In this document: positions 45,401 to 52,891 of the stretch, in pieces | Layout of the letters: every line of letters starts with the position of its first letter | Position numbering within the stretch: position 1 is the stretch's first letter | IMG/VR virus record: IMGVR_UViG_3300046517_002304 | Coordinates: 62,001 to 126,000 of that record | DNA length: 64,000 bases | Strand: one strand, 5' to 3' | Notes under the pieces: model-generated | Seen by the model: the letters and a program-made list of their open reading frames with translations, nothing else | Database searches by the model: none | What the model was told of the DNA's origin: nothing | Position numbers and translations under genes: made by a program

Positions 45401-46664
45401 ATGTTAGTCCATCGTCAGCGCTGAAGGCTACATATGTTCCAGTAGACCCGGTAAACACATAGTAGGGGCACATCAGAGTTCCATTTGCTAGTTGCAAAAT
45501 TACTGATGTTGTATCTTTGTTAGTCCCTGAGCTAATAGCAATTCTAGATCCCCAGGTAATGGATAGATCGCCGTGAACCGTGCCTCGTATGACGTATGGA
45601 GTAGCCGTAGCTCCACTATTTGGCTGATCATTAAATGTCAGCAAAACTGTTTTAGCCGTACTAACCATGACTTCTATATCAATTAATGTTCTGCCGGATG
45701 CCGGTGTCATGATCGTTATTGGCCCAGACCATGTTACTCCGTTATCTGACGAAGTACGATATGCGACATATGCGTCCAGCCCGCCAGATCCGCCAGTTGA
45801 ATAAGCCATGAACAATCTGTTATCAGGAGCGGCTAAGCGGCACATACCAGGGGATTCATTGTTAGCTCCGTCATTAATAATGTCAGAACTAAATCCACGC
45901 TGAGGTATCGTACCGCAACCGATAATATCTGCCATATAATTGTTAACAGCAGAATACAGATTTCTCCAATCTGCACCAGTTAAGCTACTACCGCAACCAG
46001 CAACAGATACCTGACTGCTAGTACCGGCACCATTATCCGATAGAATTTTTACGGTTTGACCGGAAGTAAAACCAGTATTTGTTCCCGTAAACTGATTTGA
46101 GGCTACTCCATTTAAGTAAGCGTGACCATGCGTTGAGTCCTCAAGGTTTACTCCAAATAAACCTATATTAGACGCCATGTTAAATGTGCCGGTATTATCG
46201 GCGACATTCGCTATTCCATAATTAAATCTATGACTTGAGGTTGGGGTGCCAATGTAGGTGTTGCTTGGGGGGATGCCTATTAATCCACCGTTATCGCTAA
46301 CCGGGATTGTATTTTTCCAAACAAATAATGATGCACTACTTGTTTTGAAATTAGGCGAGCCAACTGTAGGATCAAAATTAGAATTAATGTAATCAACTGG
46401 AGTTGTCGCTGAGTTTGTGCCAGTATAACCAGCATCGGTAGCAAATGTAGGTGACCCTACTTTAGTTGCTCCGTAAGAGTTTTGAACTAAATTCGTTAAT
46501 GCGGTAGCTTCGTCTGCGGCAGAAAATACATAAAGAGCATCTAATTTTTGCCATACACCAGCATAGTACAAAGCGTCTATTAACTTTGCGTAAGCAGTTG
46601 AGCGCGGCAAATTTGGCTGTGTTGCCAGTCGGACAAGAAATTGATTAACTTGAGGCGATGTCAT
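42489..46664 (-). CDS. Large virion protein: two tandem modules each ending in a BNR/Asp-box (sialidase-like) propeller, then 20-aa Cys repeats and a C-terminal domain
   Basis: Eight Asp boxes (SSDNGVTW, ADDGLTW, KDNGATW, HDGGITW, SSDNGLTW, SSDNGATW, TDNGATW, NDGGTTW); duplicated FL.RLAT.P...AY..LID.LY..GVW.K.D. Confidence 0.85.
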   Translation of the reverse strand: MTSPQVNQFLVRLATQPNLPRSTAYAKLIDALYYAGVWQKLDALYVFSAADEATALTNLVQNSYGATKVGSPTFATDAGYTGTNSATTPVDYINSNFDPTVGSPNFKTSSASLFVWKNTIPVSDNGGLIGIPPSNTYIGTPTSSHRFNYGIANVADNTGTFNMASNIGLFGVNLEDSTHGHAYLNGVASNQFTGTNTGFTSGQTVKILSDNGAGTSSQVSVAGCGSSLTGADWRNLYSAVNNYMADIIGCGTIPQRGFSSDIINDGANNESPGMCRLAAPDNRLFMAYSTGGSGGLDAYVAYRTSSDNGVTWSGPITIMTPASGRTLIDIEVMVSTAKTVLLTFNDQPNSGATATPYVIRGTVHGDLSITWGSRIAISSGTNKDTTSVILQLANGTLMCPYYVFTGSTGTYVAFSADDGLTWGGDVQITSNGTGDDWSESNFIQFSNGIIYGIIRNDNGGTPSRKGYWRTSSKDNGATWAIPVQIFNNTIAPEPARPALLREPNGDLFFVSRFASVSNTPNTSVGYVYSHDGGITWSTPITIYTIGQFFTGSYVYSQGFYDASTQTLMYAIAVGDFNAAQIVFQQFIPLSISATLPSPQSLQFLNRLATYPDTNRAAAYSTLIDGLYADGVWSKIDILNIYAAADTATALTNLIQSSFNSSVVGSLTFTTNSGYVGSGTNSSYINTTFNPTVGTPNFALNSASVFAWRATAPGGDNGLLLGTSLDDKNYIQVYTPGPRYQWACNAGDSSTSSLEPTGLVTKTGLFGATRVASNSVYGYYAGIPLLHSTGAASMPSEVFRTVGSGASASSVTTSTVSAISIGRGMTGADVRNLNVYIQNYLNDIFSIRPEIRFGYTSDAVNDGANNYGAGLGRLLDGRLLCTYHIGDGTGISANLVFRTSSDNGLTWSAATTILTPTTGRSFDYGRVAVLTDGTILVSYVDQLNSGSNNTAKIVKGIVNNDLSITWSALATITSGVFADAAPCGPALRLQNGNLLIGLTALNDAITVVTSSDNGATWGNEHIVTSASGKRFGFMAFVQKANGNIFGVLRGDSLTTADKGYWTTVSTDNGATWSSPIQIFNNTHVPLPSEASLIITPTGRLMFFGRFGAQQPAFSYSNDGGTTWSTESFYYSYNSTFTYGEIIETQGIYDTTTNSVLFGLGLGSFVPSGQITLQQFLPLVETATFTNVCSFNATGHVDHKIALVLPCSSAVAISFNVQHMATCHVTCTCGLSASGKEGELDQCSIICASNIHSSGQIVRNAFCDMTCECILIVLRLVNGTGGLIFGGCADIDVFYGYFAKYMVGSVVYDCRQARVGVLDKVAIKKVRIVNDAGLIMYVDTFNRNWNEYDLCTPSNALAIATAYLEEQVVDAERRAGRCSFTDPLPNIECGKQV

Positions 46665-46670
46665 GTTTTA

Positions 46671-47762
46671 TTATTTAAACTTTTTATATACCTCTTTATA
46701 AATTACCGTAGACTGCGGATCAGGCTCTACAGTAGTATTTAGTATGCGATTCAATCTATCTAAAGGAACTTTAATTGTTGGAATTCTACTTATTTCGTTT
46801 GAAGTGACAGTAATTTTTTTATCTAAGATATAATGTATATTATCGCCAAGATATTCGGTAATTAAATGCTTTACTGGTCCAGTTCCCTTGATATAAACTG
46901 TTTCTCCGATGTGGAACCGTACGTAAACCAAATGATGGGCTATATTTTCATGAAGACGCAAAACACAGAAGCAGCTAATATTAAGCGATGCTCTGTACAC
47001 TATTTTTGCGGAAACTTCTATGAACGAAGATTCTGATAAATGGCAAGTACTTTTACTTATGTTTCTACCGGAAGAACTAAAATTAGACAAGCATATAATA
47101 TGATTAGTGCCTATGTGTGACACTTTTGAAGATGTTGTGATATTAGAATTACATAATACCCTACATGTATCATTATTTGCATTTTTTCCTAATGCCACAA
47201 TGTTGGAATTACAATTTATACTATTTGCCGCAACATGAGCCACGCCTGAAGATGTCGCGATATTAGAATTACACAACAATCTACATGTATCATTATTTGT
47301 ATTTTTACCCGATGCATTGATATTAGAGATACAAACTATATGGTCAGTGCCTATGTGTGATACTCTTGAAGATGACGCGATAATTGAGGAACAAGGTATA
47401 TTGGATGTTAAGCCGCGCAATATTCTGCTATTTCCGCTAATATTAGAAGTACATATAGCATTAGTTGAATCTAGATGAGCTACTTTTGCATTAGCGATTA
47501 TTGTAGAGTCACACCGTACATTAAGGCTAACTATGTAAACAACTTTTGTAGATAGAGTTATGTTAGAGCTGCAAACTATGTGGCAAGTTGCATTATGCAC
47601 AACGGCACAAGATGATGTAACATTAGAAGCGCTTATTTCATTTGTGGTCGTAATGCACGTTAGTTTAGCACTAGCATTAATATTAGATGAACAGACTAAG
47701 TTGGTGTTTCCAGCTTGAAGTAAGCCATTCTTAAAGAAAAATTGATAACGGTAACCTAACAT
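46671..47762 (-). CDS. Protein of ~20-aa Cys/Ser/Asn repeats with a small C-terminal beta domain
   Basis: C.SNI repeat with 20-aa period (DTCRLLCNSNIATSSGVAHV / DTCRVLCNSNITTSSKVSHI). Confidence 0.75.
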   Translation of the reverse strand: MLGYRYQFFFKNGLLQAGNTNLVCSSNINASAKLTCITTTNEISASNVTSSCAVVHNATCHIVCSSNITLSTKVVYIVSLNVRCDSTIIANAKVAHLDSTNAICTSNISGNSRILRGLTSNIPCSSIIASSSRVSHIGTDHIVCISNINASGKNTNNDTCRLLCNSNIATSSGVAHVAANSINCNSNIVALGKNANNDTCRVLCNSNITTSSKVSHIGTNHIICLSNFSSSGRNISKSTCHLSESSFIEVSAKIVYRASLNISCFCVLRLHENIAHHLVYVRFHIGETVYIKGTGPVKHLITEYLGDNIHYILDKKITVTSNEISRIPTIKVPLDRLNRILNTTVEPDPQSTVIYKEVYKKFK

Positions 47763-50700
47763 TATTCTGTACCTACAATCAATCCTCTATCTCCAGCCAC
47801 AGGGGCAGTAGGTAGAGAAATATTAGTTGCAAAGGCTCCTCCTCCTGTATAGGAATTTAGTTTAATAGAAATGCCTTTTAGCGATCCTGTTGTAAATGCG
47901 AGTACTGATTTATTCCAGAACCCAGATGTTTCAGTTCTATTTGTGTTAACGGTATTTGTTGTGCTGCCAGCCGTGACAATAAATTCTGTAAATGCTCCGT
48001 CATCTCCTTGTGCGTTTCCGAATTGAAATTCTTTCACAACCCAAGATGGACTAGCGTTACTGTTATTAATTTGCGTTAAATATACTGTTCCTGGTGTTAG
48101 TGCAGTTGGATTTGTTAAGGCATAAGTCCATAAGCCGGTTGCTAGCGTTCCCCCAGCCGCCATTTGTTGTGACATAGTTGCCGATGGAGATACTAGTGAA
48201 TTAACCGTAAATTGATTTCTGGTAAAATCATACGCTCTAATTCCCCCGTCATTTTGTAGTTCGTATAGGTAAATGCTAGTTGGGCCTGCCGTTACGATGT
48301 TTCCGCTACTGTCAGTAAGCATTTGCCTGAATACAATCTGATTGGCTGTTTGCCTAACATCAACTCCCTTAAGATTGGTATTCGTAGGATTCGGGGTAAT
48401 TCCAAATTGAGCATAATTACTTAATCTTTTATTTTCTTCATTCAACGTCTTCTGGTAGCCAGACAATGAATCTAGGTAAACCTGCTGAATCTCTTGTGCA
48501 GATAAAGCCCTATTCCAGATTCTTACGTCATCTACGCTTGCCTGTATAACATTGCCACCAGTTTCAAATCCGATATTAAATGCTGAGTAGACAGGTACAA
48601 CAGTTGTTTGATCTGTAACTGGTGTTGCCGCAGACTTGCCGTTGTAATAAAGTAACAGTTTATTGGTTGCTCTATCTCTTACAAATACCACTTGCTGCCA
48701 TTGTCCTGTTATTATATTAGGTGCCGCAGATTGAACTGACGGATTTTGTGTGCCGTCATATAGTGACGCTCTCCATTTATTGTTATTAAGCGATGATATG
48801 GTGGCCCAGTAATCACTTAATGCAGCCACATTTGACGCAATTAGAATCATATTGTTAGCTATAGCAATAGGATTCACCCAGACAGACATAGTGAAGGAGT
48901 TTGATAGGCCAGTATTTATCGTACTAGTGATATAGCCAGCAGCACTACCCAGCCTCATTCTTCCAAAGCCACCTTGTCTAGTGTTAGATCTGAACCCATC
49001 ATCTATCCTAGACATATTAGTAAATGTGCCATGCTTATTATTGCCTGATATGTCAAACCAATTAATGCTACCTGCTCTACTTGGTGTGCAAAGGTACCAT
49101 GCTAGTAAGCCTTTATTAAGGGGGTTTCTTTGATTAATTAATTGTGTCTGACGTAGATTGTTTCTAATAGAAGTTTGGCTTGTGTTAGGTCCGTTTGTAT
49201 ATTTAACAATTTCCGATATAGCGACACCGAAATTAAGAGGATCTGTTATTCGTCGGTTTAATGTTTTTTGGTAGCCAGATAGGGCGTCTAAGTACACCTG
49301 CTGAATTTCTTGAGCAACGAGGGGGCGATTCCAGATTCTTACGTCATCAATGTAGCCGTTGAAGAAATTGCCTCCAGTAGGGTTCACTCCATTGCCGCCT
49401 TCTCCTATGAAAAAGTTATCCGCCTCTCCAGTAATCACTCCTGGCTGTACATTAAGTGGCGTTGATGCGAGTACCCCATCAATGAATAAGCTAAGTTTGG
49501 CTCCATCCATAACAGTAACGGCGTTGTGCCATTTATTATCATTAACGGTATTTTGACTAGTTACATCGGTATAGTTTGAGCCTGCTGTAGAAAAAATTTC
49601 AGCAGTTAACTTTTGAGATGTGCCTTTCCCGCCGACGACACCAATAATCAAGCGAAATTTATCAACAGTTGCTCCATTAGAATCTGTAATAAACATATTA
49701 TTTCCATTTGTTTTAAACCATACAGAAATTGTATAAATTCCTATGTTAAAACTTTGAGAAAATGGCACCGTTACATAACTGGTAAAGTTAGAATTAAATA
49801 ACATAGATCCAAAGCCACCTTGTCGTATGTTAGGTCTGAATCCTGCATTGACTAAACCTGCTCCGGCTGATACTAGTGTTCCATGATTTTTTCCGGCGAT
49901 GTCTTGCCATAGGGGTCCAGACATTCTGCTCGGCACACAAAGCCACCAGCTCACTAGCCCCTTATTAAGAGTACTTCGTGGATTTACTAATTGTGTTTGC
50001 TTTAAGTTATTTTTTATGGTCGGTTGGCTGGTGTTTGGGCCGTTAGGGTAATTGACAATGTTAACTGATCCATTCCAGATTCGCTTTGTTGTGCGATTGA
50101 TTAAGTTTGGATAGCCCTGCTGGCTGTTTTGATACATTTGATTAATTTCATTAGCATTTAATGCACGATTATAAACACGAACATCGTCAACGTATCCAGG
50201 AAACCAGGCGTTACTTGCCCCATAGATACCTATGTTAAATGGCGTTCCCACTGCTGGCGATGGACTACCAGTAGTACTGGATTTAACTGGCGTCTTTCCG
50301 TCTACGGAAATAAAGGTATTGCCACCGTCAAATCCAGCGGCAATAAAATGCCATCCGTTATTTAATCCAGAACTACCCCATGTGATGTTAGCCGGCGTAA
50401 GCCCATAGCAAAAGAATTGCGGTGCCAGGCTTTGACTGCCGAAGTAAATCATATAGCCATTTGTACCAGCTACTACTTTGCTGAATGGCACTAAGTTTGC
50501 TCCAGTTCCAGTAAGGTTACACCAGCAACTAATTGTGAATGGTCCAGCTAAATCTAGGTTTGGCTTTGCCCCCACCGAAACGCTTCCAGCGATACCATCC
50601 AGTAACATTGAGCCGAATCCGCCCTTACGGCTACTACCACGAAATCCATTTGTGGCTTGTGGCATTGTAGTAAGGGTTCCGTGATTACTTCCTATTAAGT

Positions 50701-50848
50701 CATACCATTTCACGCTCCCCGACCTGCTAGGCAACACTAACCACCAGCTAATTAATCCATTGGCAAGAGAATGCTTGCGATTGACTGGGTTTGGGAAGTC
50801 AATATTATTATTAGATATGGAGAATAACTGTGAGCTAATTAGGGGCAT
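47762..50848 (-). CDS. LamG/concanavalin A-like virion protein A (3 LamG domains plus conserved C-terminal module)
   Basis: 3x WH/WQ-type strand...DG...DDVR[VI][YW]NR.L; shared C-terminal EFQFGNAQGDDGAF; TAAATA-N4-ATG. Confidence 0.88.
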   Translation of the reverse strand: MPLISSQLFSISNNNIDFPNPVNRKHSLANGLISWWLVLPSRSGSVKWYDLIGSNHGTLTTMPQATNGFRGSSRKGGFGSMLLDGIAGSVSVGAKPNLDLAGPFTISCWCNLTGTGANLVPFSKVVAGTNGYMIYFGSQSLAPQFFCYGLTPANITWGSSGLNNGWHFIAAGFDGGNTFISVDGKTPVKSSTTGSPSPAVGTPFNIGIYGASNAWFPGYVDDVRVYNRALNANEINQMYQNSQQGYPNLINRTTKRIWNGSVNIVNYPNGPNTSQPTIKNNLKQTQLVNPRSTLNKGLVSWWLCVPSRMSGPLWQDIAGKNHGTLVSAGAGLVNAGFRPNIRQGGFGSMLFNSNFTSYVTVPFSQSFNIGIYTISVWFKTNGNNMFITDSNGATVDKFRLIIGVVGGKGTSQKLTAEIFSTAGSNYTDVTSQNTVNDNKWHNAVTVMDGAKLSLFIDGVLASTPLNVQPGVITGEADNFFIGEGGNGVNPTGGNFFNGYIDDVRIWNRPLVAQEIQQVYLDALSGYQKTLNRRITDPLNFGVAISEIVKYTNGPNTSQTSIRNNLRQTQLINQRNPLNKGLLAWYLCTPSRAGSINWFDISGNNKHGTFTNMSRIDDGFRSNTRQGGFGRMRLGSAAGYITSTINTGLSNSFTMSVWVNPIAIANNMILIASNVAALSDYWATISSLNNNKWRASLYDGTQNPSVQSAAPNIITGQWQQVVFVRDRATNKLLLYYNGKSAATPVTDQTTVVPVYSAFNIGFETGGNVIQASVDDVRIWNRALSAQEIQQVYLDSLSGYQKTLNEENKRLSNYAQFGITPNPTNTNLKGVDVRQTANQIVFRQMLTDSSGNIVTAGPTSIYLYELQNDGGIRAYDFTRNQFTVNSLVSPSATMSQQMAAGGTLATGLWTYALTNPTALTPGTVYLTQINNSNASPSWVVKEFQFGNAQGDDGAFTEFIVTAGSTTNTVNTNRTETSGFWNKSVLAFTTGSLKGISIKLNSYTGGGAFATNISLPTAPVAGDRGLIVGTE
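50055..50098. repeat. 44-nt identical segment shared with 58813..58856
   Basis: ACAATGTTAACTGATCCATTCCAGATTCGCTTTGTTGTGCGATT present in both LamG genes A and D. Confidence 0.9.
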
Positions 50849-50928
50849 ACTTTATTTAATGTTTATATCAATAATTGCCGAACATATATATTTTTGTATT
50901 TATCGTTGTTTCAAATTTACCTTTATAG

Positions 50929-50943
50929 TTACTAAATAGTTTA
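50929..50943 (+). promoter_or_regulatory. Late-promoter-like element TTACTAAATAGTTTA (copy 2)
   Basis: Exact match to 41918..41932; followed by AGGAA and ATG 50972. Confidence 0.6.
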
Positions 50944-50971
50944 GAACATAGTCTTATAGGAATGATATTTA

Positions 50972-51364
50972 ATGGCTACTAATAGTACACCACAGATTGC
51001 TTATATTTCAACAATTCAAGCTTTAACCGGCATTGCTGGTTCAAGCGCAATTACAGCCACATTGGTCAACGCGACTGCTGCCTGGGAAATTAGAGTACCG
51101 TTTCAGGGAGTTCAGGCATCAAACGTTTCTGCTGGACCAGAACTATGGGTCTACGAAGCGGTTGCGGGCGCGTCAGGTGCGGCACCTTTGTGGACGACTT
51201 TGCCACTTGTGTTCCCGATTCCCTTCCGAAGCTCAGGGAACGACACTCAAATTATTCGTTTGGACACTGGCTTATACCTCTTCGCCTTGTGTAGTGGTGG
51301 CCCAAACACCAGCAGTTGCGGTTGCTTGACTGCCCAAGTCATTACCGGCGTGCTTAACCAGTAA
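50972..51364 (+). CDS. Small beta-rich probable virion protein
   Basis: 130 aa; own late box, RBS and terminator. Confidence 0.7.
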   Translation: MATNSTPQIAYISTIQALTGIAGSSAITATLVNATAAWEIRVPFQGVQASNVSAGPELWVYEAVAGASGAAPLWTTLPLVFPIPFRSSGNDTQIIRLDTGLYLFALCSGGPNTSSCGCLTAQVITGVLNQ

Positions 51365-51385
51365 GTTATTTATTATAAATTCATC

Positions 51386-51412
51386 AAAAAGCCCACAAAT
51401 TGTGGGCTTTTT
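51386..51412. terminator. Bidirectional intrinsic terminator
   Basis: AAAAAGCCCACAAATTGTGGGCTTTTT. Confidence 0.88.
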
Positions 51413-51520
51413 GCATTTATGCATACTTTTCAATATTTTACTCATGTTATTCTGCTGTTTGCCGATAAGTACTGTTACAATATGTAAAAGCAATTAGTAT
51501 TTTAAAACAGAAAGAAAATC

Positions 51521-52891
51521 ATGCCATTTAAAGACCCAGATAAACGTAAAGAATACAACCGATTATACGAACTTAAGAATAAAGAAAAGCAAAACGAATA
51601 CAGAAAAAATTGGGGAGCCGCTAAAAGAAGGGCAGAAGGGAAACAGCAAAATGGCCTAAAGTCTTTAGCCGACTTTCCAGAAGTTGTGGCTAAATATTGG
51701 CATCCATTTAAGAATGGCACAAATAAACCAGAAGACTTTACGTCAGGCACTAGAACTAAAGTATGGTGTCAATGTAAAGAAGGGAAGTGGCCAGATGGCA
51801 CTCCTGCCGACGATCACGTATTTGACATGGAAGTACAAAAACTAACATCTGGATACGGTTGTCCATATTGCTGTGGTAAACGAGTTTGTAAATCTAACTC
51901 TTTTGGGGAATGTTGTCCAGAAGCAGCAGTATTTTTTGATGTTAATAAGAATGAAGGTAAAACACCATTTGATTTTACATATGGTTCAGGTCAAAAAATA
52001 CATTGTAAGTGTAATGCTGGAACTTGGCCAGACGGATCATATGCAGATGATCATGAATGGATAAGTACTCCATGCGATTTAAGAGCCGGATATTGGTGTC
52101 CTTGTTGTACGGGTAATAAAATAGTTTTGTCAAATTGTTTGGCAACTACGCATCCCGAAGTATCAAAAATGTTACATCCTACACTTAATGGAAATACGTC
52201 TGCTAAAGACATAACAAATGGTTCAGATAAGTTAATATGGTGGAAATGTCCTGATAAAGACCATGCTTGGGAAGCCACAATTAATTCTGTAGTACAAGGA
52301 CATGGTTGCGGGATATGTGGTGGTAAAAAAGTAGATAATACAAATTCGCTCGCAGCACTATATCCAGACGTAGCTAAAGAATGGCATCCTATTTTAAATG
52401 GAGACAGTAAACCAGAACATTTTACTTATGCTAGTGGCAAAAAGGCTTGGTGGGCATGTCCAAAAGACAAATGTGGATATGAATGGAGTGCTCAAATAGA
52501 CAGGAGAACAAGGAGAGGAGACGGTTGTCCTAAGTGCAATCAGTCGCATGGTGAAAAGGCCGTTGCCAAGCACTTAGATTTTCTAAAAATTAAATATGAA
52601 GTGGGATATAGAATTAAAGAATGTAAACTTATTAAATGCCTTCCATTTGATTTTTATTTACCTGATTTCAATATCTTAATTGAATACCATGGAAGACAAC
52701 ATTATGAACCATCGGCCTTCGGATCTAAACAAGAAAATGCGGCGGAATTAATGTTTGAAGCGGGCCAAAAAAGAGACGAAGCTAAAGAAAAATACTGTCG
52801 GGATAACAAAATTCCACTACTGATAATCCCATTTTGGGAATTTAATATTATCCCTAATGTAATCGATAACTTCCTAAAATCCAAAAATTAA
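51521..52891 (+). mobile_element. Zinc-ribbon-repeat PD-(D/E)xK nuclease (homing-endonuclease-like)
   Basis: 4x PE....[WF]...NG...P.....G...[WH]..C...GCP.C; C-terminal LPFDFYL...IEYHGRQHY...YCRDNKIPLLIIPFW. Confidence 0.8.
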
